A stretch of 64,000 nucleotides of DNA, from NCBI GenBank assembly GCA_029858285.1, contig JAOUFN010000012.1, positions 3,470 through 67,469 of the forward strand, in the 5' to 3' direction. Source of the DNA: Nitrospirota bacterium (GTDB lineage: Bacteria; Nitrospirota; JACRHL01). A program made the translations under genes and the position numbers. The notes below the pieces were generated by a model. That model saw nothing but the letters and a program-made list of their open reading frames with translations, was not told where the DNA came from and did no database searches. Shown one piece after another: positions 46,662-63,804 of the stretch; the first letter of the stretch is position 1; every line of letters begins with the position of its first letter.

Positions 46662-48686
46662 ATGTCCGATAAAACGCAAGGCCAGTTCCCCTACCCCGGG
46701 ATCGATGGAACCGGTGACGGTTCAGCGGCGGTCGCGTATGTCGAGGCCCGCGCCTCCGACGCCGCTGCGGCCTACCCGATCACCTCCTCGACCATCATGG
46801 GGCAGAACTACCAGGTGTTTGTGGCCAACGGCTTCAAAAACGCCTGGGGCAAGCAGATCGGCTGGCTGGAGCTGGAGAGCGAGCATTCCTCGGCTTCCGC
46901 CTGCGAAGGCTACGCTCTGGCGGGCGGGCGGGTGGTGAACTTCACTTCCGGCCAGGGGCTCATCCTGATGAAGGAGGTGCTCTACACCACCAGCGGCAAG
47001 CGCCTGCCCGTGGTGCTGCATATCGCCTCCCGCGCCCTCACCAGCCAATCCCTGAACGTGCATGCCGGTCACGACGACGTGATGGGCGTAACCGACGTGG
47101 GTTGGGGCATCATCTTCGCCAAGAACGTGCAGGAGTCTGGGGATTTCGGCCTCATCGCCCGGCGTACCGCCGAAAAGGGCCGCACCCCGTTCATGAGCGT
47201 GCAGGACGGCTTTCTGGTGTCCCACACCATCGAGAACCTGCGCTACCCGGAAGACGACCTGGTGCGCGAGTACCTGGGGCCCCGGGAGCAAAACGTGCGC
47301 AAGCTGTTCGATCCCGAGTTCCCCCTGATGACCGGGGTGGTGCAGAACCAGGACGCCTACATGCAGGGCAAGATCGCCCAGCGCGTGTACTACGATGCGC
47401 TGCCGCAGATACTCAACGACTCCTACGACGAGTTCTATCGCCTTACCGGGCGCCGCTACCAGAACGTCGAGTGCACCATGATGGACGATGCGGAATACGC
47501 CGTCATCTCCATGGGCACCACGTCGGAAACGGTGGTCTCGGCACTGGAAGTGATCCGCGCCAAGGGCATCAAGTGCGGCGCCATCAACATGACCACCTTC
47601 CGCCCCTTCCCGGGCGCCGAGGTGGCCGCCGCCCTGAGCAAGGTCAAGGCATTTTCGGTCATTGAGCGCTGCGACGTGCCGGTGATGGAGGAAAACCCCC
47701 TTACCACCGATATCCTGGCAGCCTTGGCCAAGGCCCAGATGGGTACTCCGGGCTATCCGGAGATTGGCAAGCTGCCGGTGTGCCACTCCGGTTCCGGCGG
47801 CCTCGGCTCCCGCGACGTGACCCCGGGTCACATCATCGCCATTGCCAAAAACATGGCCGCCGGCGGGGCCGGCAAGCGCTACTTCTCCATCGGCATCGAA
47901 CATTCCACCGCCCTGGAGATCGAGGAGGAGCCGGATGTGCGGCCGGCCGGGTCGTTCTCGATCCGCGGCCACTCGGTGGGTGGTTACGGCTCCGTGACCA
48001 CCAACAAGGTCATCGCCACCCTGATGGGCGAGATCTTCGGCTTCAAGGTGCAGGCGGCGCCCAAGTACGGCTCCGAAAAGAAGGGTTTGCCCACCAACAC
48101 CTACCTGTCGGTGGTGCCCAAGGGCAAGATCCTCACCCACTGCGAGTTGCAGCAGGTGGATTTCGTGCCGCTGATGGACCCCACCACCTGGTACATGGGC
48201 AACCCCCTGGTGGGCATGCAGTCGGGTGGTACCGTCTTCCAGCACACCGACGCCAAGGGCCCCCAGGAATTGTGGGACTCCCTGCCGGGTTACGCCAAGT
48301 ACTACATGAAGGAAAACGGCACCCGCTTCTTCGGCGTGGATACCATCGCCATCGCTCGCGAGAGCTGCCAGAACGACCCGTCGCTGATCCAGCGTTTCCA
48401 GGGCGTGGTGCTGCTGGGCGTGTTCTTGCGGGTCACGCCGTTCAAGGAGAAGGCCGGCATGTCCGACGTCGACCTGTTCAAGCAGGTGGAAGAGCCGCTG
48501 CGGCGCTTCTTCGGCAAAAAAGGCGAAGCGGTGGTGCAGGACAACCTGATGGCCGTCAAGCGCGCTTATGAGCGGGTGTTCGAGGTGCCGCGGGCAATCA
48601 TCGACGCCACTCCGGCCCATGTATTGGCCGAGGGCAAGGCGGACTGGGAGGCCAAGGGCAAGGACGTCAACGCGTTCTTCATCTGA
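46662..48686 (+). CDS. pyruvate:ferredoxin (flavodoxin) oxidoreductase, NifJ-type, N-terminal polypeptide (domains I-III)
   Basis: ATG with GGGAGG upstream. The N-terminus (GSAAVAYVEARASDAAAAYPITSSTIMGQN...) and domain order match nifJ-type PFOR but stop after the gamma-like domain III. Confidence 0.8.
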   Translation: MSDKTQGQFPYPGIDGTGDGSAAVAYVEARASDAAAAYPITSSTIMGQNYQVFVANGFKNAWGKQIGWLELESEHSSASACEGYALAGGRVVNFTSGQGLILMKEVLYTTSGKRLPVVLHIASRALTSQSLNVHAGHDDVMGVTDVGWGIIFAKNVQESGDFGLIARRTAEKGRTPFMSVQDGFLVSHTIENLRYPEDDLVREYLGPREQNVRKLFDPEFPLMTGVVQNQDAYMQGKIAQRVYYDALPQILNDSYDEFYRLTGRRYQNVECTMMDDAEYAVISMGTTSETVVSALEVIRAKGIKCGAINMTTFRPFPGAEVAAALSKVKAFSVIERCDVPVMEENPLTTDILAALAKAQMGTPGYPEIGKLPVCHSGSGGLGSRDVTPGHIIAIAKNMAAGGAGKRYFSIGIEHSTALEIEEEPDVRPAGSFSIRGHSVGGYGSVTTNKVIATLMGEIFGFKVQAAPKYGSEKKGLPTNTYLSVVPKGKILTHCELQQVDFVPLMDPTTWYMGNPLVGMQSGGTVFQHTDAKGPQELWDSLPGYAKYYMKENGTRFFGVDTIAIARESCQNDPSLIQRFQGVVLLGVFLRVTPFKEKAGMSDVDLFKQVEEPLRRFFGKKGEAVVQDNLMAVKRAYERVFEVPRAIIDATPAHVLAEGKADWEAKGKDVNAFFI

Positions 48687-48804
48687 CGCGCCCAGACCTG
48701 CCATCGGTCCGCCGGTGGCAGGCGCGGTAGACCGGAAAAGTCACGAACAGCGGCTGCGGGCGTTGGTCCGGGCCGGAATATAGCTGTAAGGATCGGAACC
48801 CATC

Positions 48805-50433
48805 ATGAGCCAGGAAGTTCACTACCTCAAGATCACCCGGCCTACCCCCGAATGGTACGACGCCAAGCGCGCCTACGAGGTCATCGACGCCTACAACACC
48901 GGCGCCGGTTCCTCCCAGCGTGCCGACGAATTCGTGGCCAATTCCGTGGTGCCCGCCGCCACCGGCAGCCTGCGCGATTTCTCCTACATCGCTCCGGACC
49001 TGCCCGAGTTGATGGCCGAAAACTGCGTGGGCTGCATGGATTGCGTGCAGAACTGCCCGGACACCGCCATCTTCGGCAAGGTGGCCACGCGTGGCGAACT
49101 GGACTCCACCCTGGCCCAGTTCCCCGATGGGCAGCGCGGCCTTCTGGGCAGCCAGTTTGTGGAAACCGCCAAGTATTTCAAGGCCTTCGAGAAGCGCCGT
49201 GAGAAAGACGGCTGTGGCCCAGAGGGCGCCATGTTCGGCATCTTCATTGATCCCACCAAGTGCAAGGGGTGCGGCGAGTGCGTGGAGGTCTGCGGTGACC
49301 GTCAGGCCCTGAAAATGATCAAGAAGACCCCGGACAACCTGCCGGACTACTTCGCCATGTGGCAGTTGCACAACCGCCTGCCGTCCAGCCCCACGGATTA
49401 CATTAACCCCAAGGTGGCGGTGGACAACATGCTGTTGCCCATGGCCAACCAGCAGTACGTCGGCGGCGCCGGTTCCTGCATGGGTTGCGGCGAGGCCTCG
49501 GTGATCCGTCAGGCGCTGGCGGCCACCTTCGAGCGCGTGGGCGAGAACTATGGCATCGTGGCCGCTACCGGCTGCCAGACCGTGTATGGCTCCACCTACC
49601 CGTTCAACCCGTTCTCGGTGCCATGGACCAACTCCCTGTTCGAGAACGCCCCCACCGATGCCATGGGCATCCGTGCGTTCTGGGACGAGACCGGACACGG
49701 CGACCGCGTGCTGTGGGTGTTCGGCGGCGACGGCGCCATGAACGACATCGGCTTCCAGGCCTTGTCGCGCATGCTCGCCAGCGGCATGAACATCAAGGTG
49801 CTGGTGTTGGACACCCAGGTGTATTCCAACACCGGTGGCCAGACCTCCACGGCCTCCTTCATCGGCCAGGAAGCCAAAATGAGCATCCACGGCAAGAAGG
49901 ATCAGGGCAAGCTGGAGCGCCGCAAGGAGCTGGGGCAGATCTGCATGATGCACCCCAACACCTTTGTGGCCCAGACCGTGGGACCCATGACCGGCCACTT
50001 CTACAAGGCCGTCAACATGGCCTTGGACCACAACGGACCTGCGGTGATCAACGTGTTCACCACCTGCCAGCCGGAGCATGGCGTGGCCGACGACATGGCT
50101 GCCGCCCAGGCCAAGCTGGCGATGGAGAGCCGGGCCTTCCCGATCTTCATCTACAACCCGGACGGGGGCCGCACCATGCGGGAAAAACTCTCCCTCATGG
50201 GCAACCCCAGCGTGGACCGGGACTGGGCCGTCAAGAAGCGCAAGGACGGCTCCACCGAGACCGTCTCGTTCCTCGATTGGTGCCGCACCGAAGGCCGCTT
50301 CAAGAAGCACTTCGGCAAGAATGGCGAGCCCACCAAGCTCCTGGTGCAGAGCCAGCAGGAGCGCCTCGAGAATTGGTGGCAGCTCCAGGACCTGGCCGGA
50401 ATCCTCAACAAGGATCACGACAACAAGGCCTGA
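48805..50433 (+). CDS. pyruvate:ferredoxin oxidoreductase, NifJ-type, C-terminal polypeptide (2x[4Fe-4S] ferredoxin domain + TPP-binding domain VI)
   Basis: Two ferredoxin cysteine clusters (CVGCMDCVQNCP / CKGCGECVEVC) and the TPP motif GGDGAMNDIGFQALSRM...NTGGQ. It is a separate ORF 118 bp downstream with its own ATG. Confidence 0.8.
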   Translation: MSQEVHYLKITRPTPEWYDAKRAYEVIDAYNTGAGSSQRADEFVANSVVPAATGSLRDFSYIAPDLPELMAENCVGCMDCVQNCPDTAIFGKVATRGELDSTLAQFPDGQRGLLGSQFVETAKYFKAFEKRREKDGCGPEGAMFGIFIDPTKCKGCGECVEVCGDRQALKMIKKTPDNLPDYFAMWQLHNRLPSSPTDYINPKVAVDNMLLPMANQQYVGGAGSCMGCGEASVIRQALAATFERVGENYGIVAATGCQTVYGSTYPFNPFSVPWTNSLFENAPTDAMGIRAFWDETGHGDRVLWVFGGDGAMNDIGFQALSRMLASGMNIKVLVLDTQVYSNTGGQTSTASFIGQEAKMSIHGKKDQGKLERRKELGQICMMHPNTFVAQTVGPMTGHFYKAVNMALDHNGPAVINVFTTCQPEHGVADDMAAAQAKLAMESRAFPIFIYNPDGGRTMREKLSLMGNPSVDRDWAVKKRKDGSTETVSFLDWCRTEGRFKKHFGKNGEPTKLLVQSQQERLENWWQLQDLAGILNKDHDNKA

Positions 50434-50442
50434 CGTTCGCGC

Positions 50443-50471
50443 CGGATCCCGCTTGGCCGGGATCCGGCGGT
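50443..50471 (+). terminator. GC palindrome (GCCGGATCCCG-N6-CGGGATCCGGC) after the PFOR C-terminal gene, no U-tract
   Basis: An 11-bp stem seen in the sequence. It lacks a T-run, so it may be REP-like or factor-dependent. Confidence 0.3.
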
Positions 50472-50537
50472 CCGTCGGACCGGGGCCTTGTCCCTCCCCG
50501 GCCTGCGCATTCCCCTGTCATCAGGAGGTACCTGCTC

Positions 50538-51353
50538 ATGAAGCGTCTGCGCGACAAGCTAATTGCAGATTTGACCCATCCGCGCCCCCTTACCGATCAG
50601 GTGGTGAGGGCGTTGATGGACCGTTGCGAGTTGCAGAGCAACCAGATTGCCGCCTTCCTGCGGGAGCGGGCTGCCGATCTCGAAGAGGCGGAGCTCGACA
50701 CCATTTTCTCCCCCATGTACACCCCATCGTGGAGCGACCGCGCCCGCTATGTGGAAGAGCGCGAGCGGCTGGATCTGTCCCCGGCGGTGCTGACGGCGAT
50801 CATCGAGGATCTGTCCCAGGGCGGCCTGTGCGCGGCCTACCTGTACGAAGAGGAGATGGTCAGCATGCCCCTGCCCGAGGTCATCATCGACCGTTGGGTG
50901 CGGCGCCTGCACCTGGAGGTGACCCTGCCGGAACGGATCTCTCAGGCCATTGAGGCCACCATCCCCACGGATCATCAGGCCGAGGTCAAGGCCCTGTCCG
51001 GACACGCAGACTGGCACCGCGATGGCCGCGAGGAAATTCTGCTGGCGTTCCTCACCGGTTTCGCCCGCAGCGGGCGCTTTGTGCCGGAAAAATTCGAATA
51101 CCTCACCGGCCTGATCCACACCTACCGGCCACGGGACGTACACCACTTCGCCCAGCAGATCGAGGCATTGCTCCAGTCCTACCACGAGGAGAACTCGGAG
51201 CACTTCTTCGATTCCCACCTCAAGGAGGCCTATGGCCCGGCAGGGGGCATCAACCCGGTGCGCGATACCTACGGCGCCGATCGCAAGCGGCAGATGGCCC
51301 TGGCCACCCAGTTGCAGCACGACCTGTCGGAATACCTCACCACAGCCCCCTGA
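50538..51353 (+). CDS. hypothetical protein (271 aa), downstream partner of the split PFOR
   Basis: ATG with AGGAGG 8 nt upstream, in frame with ORF 49485. Acidic and helical, with no recognisable family or cofactor motifs. Confidence 0.5.
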   Translation: MKRLRDKLIADLTHPRPLTDQVVRALMDRCELQSNQIAAFLRERAADLEEAELDTIFSPMYTPSWSDRARYVEERERLDLSPAVLTAIIEDLSQGGLCAAYLYEEEMVSMPLPEVIIDRWVRRLHLEVTLPERISQAIEATIPTDHQAEVKALSGHADWHRDGREEILLAFLTGFARSGRFVPEKFEYLTGLIHTYRPRDVHHFAQQIEALLQSYHEENSEHFFDSHLKEAYGPAGGINPVRDTYGADRKRQMALATQLQHDLSEYLTTAP

Positions 51354-51782
51354 GATCCGGCTCCCCCGTCGCCAACGGCCGGAGTTGCGGCTGGAGGGGG
51401 GAGCGAAAGATTTTCCCCCGGCTTTTTTCCCGATTTTTCTTGCTCCGTAGAGGGGAAAGCGCGTGGCATCACCTCCCGGCATCGGGAGCCGATCATTACG
51501 AATATTGGGCATTTTTCCGCAATTTTTCGTGGTCTGCGGCGGGGTTTTCATGCTCTTTTTGTGGGCTTTTCTGCCCGCTCCCTCCCCTTCCTCCCATTGT
51601 GGATAACCCGGGTAATCTGCTAAATTGTGCGGCAGAGGCACCGTCTGTGGCCCGCCAGCCAGCGGGCCACACCCTGGGCCGCAGCGGGCGGCATCCCGGC
51701 GGGTCCGGATGGGGGTGAGCGGTGGCGGCGGATTGCCGTGGACCCGGAAATCATTTTTTGACACTGGGGGCCCCGAGGGGAG

Positions 51783-53852
51783 ATGGACGATCAGGTGCGG
51801 CAACCCCAATCCGCCAACCCTTCCGCCGATGGCGGCTGGGGGGCGGTGCAGGACGCCCTGGCCCAGGCGCTGGGCATGGCGGTGGGCCGCTGTGATCGGG
51901 CCACCCCCCGGGACTGCGCCAGCGTCTCCCTCGACAGCCCTATCTGTCACCTGCTGCGCCAGCACCCGGAGGCCGCGGTGCGGTGTGCCGAGCAGTGCGA
52001 CGAGGGCATTGAGATGTCCATGCGGACCGGGCGCACCCAGTTGTTCCAATGCCACGCCCGCCTGTCGGTGTTCATCACCCTTCCTGATTTGCCCAACGGC
52101 ACGCGCCACCCCCACTCCCAGGCCCTGATCGGCGGCCGGACGTTCTTGTCCTACGAGGAGGTTCACCGTTTTCGGGCCTATGCCGATGAACTGGGGCTGC
52201 CCACCGAGGCAGTGGAAGCGCTGATTCCCGACATCCGCGTGGTCACCCTGGCTCGGGTCAAGGAGGCACTGGAGCAGGTGCGGACCGTCGCCGGCGCAGT
52301 GATGGCGCTGGAACGCCAGTTGGGGGAATCCCGCGAGCAGGCCTCGCGCCTGCGGTACCTGATGGAGGTGTTCGGGGGGCTTGAGGGAGAATCCCCGGAG
52401 GAACTCGCCAACGCCGCGCTGAACGGTCCCGCCGTGGTCTTTGACGCCACCGCCGGGGTGGTGCTGGAGCGCCCCTCCGGCAGCGACCGCTATGTGGTTA
52501 CCAGCGTGTTTCCCGGCAAGGGCAGCGCGTTTTCCGGTGACGCTCTGGGCGGCCTGGAGATTGCTGCAACCGGCTGGCTGGACCGCGCCGCCCAAGGCGA
52601 GAGTGGCAGCCGCTTCGACTCGATTTACGACATGCTGCGCGCCGGGTTTCCCGCCGAGACCACCGGGGTGGAACTGTTCCCGTTTTCGACCCCCGGCCAC
52701 ACCCGCGTGGTTGTTCTGCTAAACACCCCGCTGGAGGACGATGCGCGGGTGGCGATTACCCTCTATGTCCGCCACGCCGCCCTGCTCACAGAGCGCCACT
52801 CCGCCCAGTTGCACGGCGAAGATGACACCCTTGGCGGCATCCCGGAAATTGCCCCGGCTCTGTGGGAAACCGATGACTACGACGCGTTGTGTGCCGGCGT
52901 GTTGAAGGGGGCCACCGCCTGCCTGGAGGCCGAACAGGGTTCGGTTATGCTGCTGGATGACAAGCAGGAATCCCTGTCGATCCGCGCCATCCAGGGGGTG
53001 AACATCAAATATGTGGAGTATGTGAAGCTGCGCCGTGGTGAGGGAATTGCCGGCATCGTCCTGGAGCGGGGGGAGCCCCTGCTGGTGGAGGACATCGCCG
53101 AGCATCCGGAATTCCGCAGTGGCATCCGCGCCCGCTATCGGGGCCGCTCGTTTTTGAGCGTGCCGATTCAGCTCAACGATTTGTCCCTGGGGGTAATCAA
53201 CGTCACTGACAAGCGCGGCGGTGGGGTTTTTACCCGCCGCGACCTGCGCCGTCTGTTGGCCATCAGCCACCAGGCCGCGCTGGCCATCGACCGCATCCGC
53301 ACCCGGGAACAGACCGAGGAGCTGCGGCGCGCCACCATGACCGACTACCGCTCCGGATTGCTCAACGCCCAGGCTTTTGACCAGCGCCTGCAGGAAGAGG
53401 TGGAGCGCGCCCAACGCTACCCTTATGCCAGCCCCCTGTCCCTGCTGGTGGTGGACATTGACCATTTCAAGCACATCAACGACAACTTCGACTACCTGGC
53501 CGGGGACGACTGCATCGTTGCCTGTGCGCGCCTGTTGCAAGCGGGCACCCGTACCATCGACTCGGTATTCCGGCGCGGCGGCGAGGAATTTACGGTGATC
53601 CTGCCCCACACCGGGCGGGAGGCTGCGGTCAAACTCGCGGAACGCCTGAGGCAGTCCATTGAAGATCACCGGGTGATCACCCCCCACGCCCCGCACCCGC
53701 TGTCATTCACCGTGTCCGGCGGGGTGGCCACCTTCCCTGAGGATGGCGAGAGCGCCATGGGGCTGTTCCAGCGCGCCACCCAGGCCCTGCACGTGGCCAA
53801 GAAGACCGGTCGCAACAAAGTGCTGCCACTGCCCCCCAACCTGCCGGTATAG
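51783..53852 (+). CDS. diguanylate cyclase with N-terminal Cys-rich PocR-like sensory domain and GAF domain (PocR-GAF-GGDEF)
   Basis: The Cys pattern CDRATPRDC...ICHLLRQH...CAEQC...FQCH is PocR-like. The GAF-like middle region is followed by an intact GGEEF motif with I-site (RRGGEEFTV, DxLT...RxxD). Confidence 0.75.
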   Translation: MDDQVRQPQSANPSADGGWGAVQDALAQALGMAVGRCDRATPRDCASVSLDSPICHLLRQHPEAAVRCAEQCDEGIEMSMRTGRTQLFQCHARLSVFITLPDLPNGTRHPHSQALIGGRTFLSYEEVHRFRAYADELGLPTEAVEALIPDIRVVTLARVKEALEQVRTVAGAVMALERQLGESREQASRLRYLMEVFGGLEGESPEELANAALNGPAVVFDATAGVVLERPSGSDRYVVTSVFPGKGSAFSGDALGGLEIAATGWLDRAAQGESGSRFDSIYDMLRAGFPAETTGVELFPFSTPGHTRVVVLLNTPLEDDARVAITLYVRHAALLTERHSAQLHGEDDTLGGIPEIAPALWETDDYDALCAGVLKGATACLEAEQGSVMLLDDKQESLSIRAIQGVNIKYVEYVKLRRGEGIAGIVLERGEPLLVEDIAEHPEFRSGIRARYRGRSFLSVPIQLNDLSLGVINVTDKRGGGVFTRRDLRRLLAISHQAALAIDRIRTREQTEELRRATMTDYRSGLLNAQAFDQRLQEEVERAQRYPYASPLSLLVVDIDHFKHINDNFDYLAGDDCIVACARLLQAGTRTIDSVFRRGGEEFTVILPHTGREAAVKLAERLRQSIEDHRVITPHAPHPLSFTVSGGVATFPEDGESAMGLFQRATQALHVAKKTGRNKVLPLPPNLPV

Positions 53853-53904
53853 CAGCGGCGGGGGCCGTTCCGTGGGGGCCGTTTTGTCGCAGCCGCTCCA
53901 GCTC

Positions 53905-54036
53905 ACGCCCTCCGGCACGCCCTCCGGCACGCCCTCCGGCACGTCCTCCCGCACGTCCTCCGGCACGTCCTCCGGCACGTCCTCCGGCACGTCCTCCGGC
54001 ACGTCCTCCCGCACGTCCTCCGGCACGTCCTCCCGC
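53905..54036. repeat. minisatellite: 11 tandem copies of a 12-bp unit ACG(T/C)CCTCC(G/C)GC in three variants
   Basis: Counted directly: ACGCCCTCCGGC x3, ACGTCCTCCGGC x5 and ACGTCCTCCCGC x3. Intergenic, between convergent GGDEF and rpoC. Confidence 0.9.
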
Positions 54037-54189
54037 ATTATCCCCTCCCCGCCAGGCACCCTCCCTTCTTTCGGCAGGCTGGAAGGTGACCTATGGCTCC
54101 CGATTGTCCTTCCGCAGGCCTTTTTTCCGGTTGGACACGCCCCAACCGGGGGAACAGCCGGGGGGATCGGTCTGGAGAAAAGCGCTCTA

Positions 54190-54254
54190 TAGGGATCGAT
54201 AATCCAGCATTCCTCCAATCACACATTAATCCGATCTCCCTATGTCGTTTTTTT
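54190..54254 (+). terminator. imperfect hairpin (TAGGGATCG ... CGATCTCCCTA, 33-nt loop) followed by T7; terminator or 3' end of an unannotated small transcript
   Basis: A locally low-GC patch. The T7 at 54248-54254 is rare in this genome. Confidence 0.3.
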
Positions 54255-54386
54255 GGGGTGATACCGGATACAGCCCCCGGGCAGGTCTCTGCCGGCATCT
54301 GGGGGCGGATCGCGTGGTGCATGGAGGCCTATAGCTGCCCGTTACCCGTCCGTATTCCCCATGCACCGCCGCTGCACACCAAACGG

Positions 54387-54424
54387 AAACGGCCCGTCCC
54401 CCGGAAAGGGAGGCGGGCCGTTTT
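54387..54424. terminator. palindromic hairpin (AAACGGCCCG-N17-CGGGCCGTTT) at the 3' end of rpoC; probable bidirectional terminator
   Basis: A 10-bp stem about 60 nt downstream of the rpoC stop. The U-tract is better on the plus strand (TTTT) than on the minus strand (CCGUUU). Confidence 0.45.
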
Positions 54425-54482
54425 CATGTGTGGAGCCAATCCGAAACCCCGGCGGGCGGGGCGTTCGGCAGGGCCACGGGGC

Positions 54483-58688
<4,206 letters not shown>

Positions 58689-58777
58689 GTGCACTCCGCG
58701 TAACGTGTAATCGACCGAAAATCGCGGGGGGTGGCCATTTGCGGCCTCCCCCCGTCCATCTGCCGGGGGGGGACCGA

Positions 58778-62731
<3,954 letters not shown>

Positions 62732-62769
62732 GTTTTCTCCCTACCCGCGCCATGCCCATAAAATACGCC

Positions 62770-62803
62770 GTACGCGGAGGGGCGGGACCACCCCTCCGCG
62801 TAC
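62770..62803 (-). promoter_or_regulatory. rplL-rpoB intergenic attenuator / processing hairpin (13-bp perfect stem GTACGCGGAGGGG / CCCCTCCGCGTAC, 8-nt loop)
   Basis: A perfect palindrome in the rplL-rpoB spacer, where partial termination and RNase III processing are well documented in other bacteria. Confidence 0.6.
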
Positions 62804-62836
62804 CGGAAATCCGCCTTGCAACGCAAGGTGCGCGGG

Positions 62837-63220
62837 CTACTTGACCTCGACCTGGGCGCCAGCTTCTTCAAGCTTCGCCTTGACGCTGGCGGCCTCATCC
62901 TTGGAGACGCCTTCCTTGACCGGCTTCGGCGCGCCGTCTACCAGGTCCTTGGCTTCCTTCAGACCCAAACCGGTGAGTTCGCGCACCACCTTGATCACGC
63001 CGATCTTCTTGTCGCCGGCGCTCAGCAGGATGACATTGAACTCGGTCTGCTCCTCGACCGCGGCGGCACCACCGCCACCGGCGGCCGGAGCGGCCATCAT
63101 CATCGGAGCGGCGGCGGACACGCCGAACTTCTCCTCCAGGGCCTTCACCAGGGTGTTCAGCTCCAGGACGGTCATTTCTTCGATCGCAGTGATCAGCTCA
63201 TCAGCAGACAGCTTGGCCAT
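62837..63220 (-). CDS. rplL: 50S ribosomal protein L7/L12
   Basis: [39 protein letters not shown]..., an Ala/Gly hinge and a conserved C-terminal domain. Confidence 0.92.
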   Translation of the reverse strand: MAKLSADELITAIEEMTVLELNTLVKALEEKFGVSAAAPMMMAAPAAGGGGAAAVEEQTEFNVILLSAGDKKIGVIKVVRELTGLGLKEAKDLVDGAPKPVKEGVSKDEAASVKAKLEEAGAQVEVK

Positions 63221-63285
63221 GACTCAAACATTCCTTCCATTTCAAAAATGCAGCAAACCAGATTTCAATTCGGGGGCCCTTGCGC

Positions 63286-63804
63286 TCAGGCCGCCTTCTT
63301 TTCCGCCACCGCGGAAAGGGCGTACACCAGATTGCGCAGCGGTCCCGCCAGCACGTTGACCACGCCCGAGATGGGTCGATTCATCGAACCCACCAGCTTG
63401 GCGAGCAATTCCTCACGGCTGGGCAGATCGGCGATCTGCTCCACACCGGAAGCGGTCAGCACCGAACCCTCGATGAACCCGACGCTCACCTCGAAGCCCT
63501 TGGCTCCCTTGGCGAACTCCTTGACCGCCTTGGCGGCGGCCGCCGGATCGCCGTAGGCGAACACGATGCCGACGGGCCCGCGCAGATGCTCCGCGAGGGC
63601 TTCGGCCTCGTGCCCCTGAAGCGCCCGGCGGGCGAGGGTGTTCTTCACCACCCGGAAGCTGCCGTTGGCCTTGCGCAATTCCGACCGCAGTTCGGTCAAT
63701 TGCGACATGGCCAGGCCCTTGTACCCGGCGACGATGGTGAAGTTGGCACGGTCGAACTGGTTCCGAACGAAATCGACGACGTCTTCCTTCTTCGTACGAT
63801 TCAC
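63286..63804 (-). CDS. rplJ: 50S ribosomal protein L10
   Basis: GTG start (MNRTKKEDVVDFV...) with GGAG 9 nt upstream. It aligns with L10 N-termini. The longer ORF to 63897 has no support. Confidence 0.8.
   Translation of the reverse strand: MNRTKKEDVVDFVRNQFDRANFTIVAGYKGLAMSQLTELRSELRKANGSFRVVKNTLARRALQGHEAEALAEHLRGPVGIVFAYGDPAAAAKAVKEFAKGAKGFEVSVGFIEGSVLTASGVEQIADLPSREELLAKLVGSMNRPISGVVNVLAGPLRNLVYALSAVAEKKAA

Noticed and set aside
53905-54036. Possible CRISPR array.
   Set aside because: The units are 12 bp and contiguous, with no spacers, no leader and no cas genes. This is a minisatellite.
53703-54218. ORFs on both strands reading through the 12-bp minisatellite as (TSSG)n or (EDVP)n.
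   Set aside because: The minus-strand ORF is antisense to the GGDEF 3' end. The plus-strand ORF starts inside the GGDEF gene. Their openness is a by-product of a 12-bp, in-frame repeat unit.
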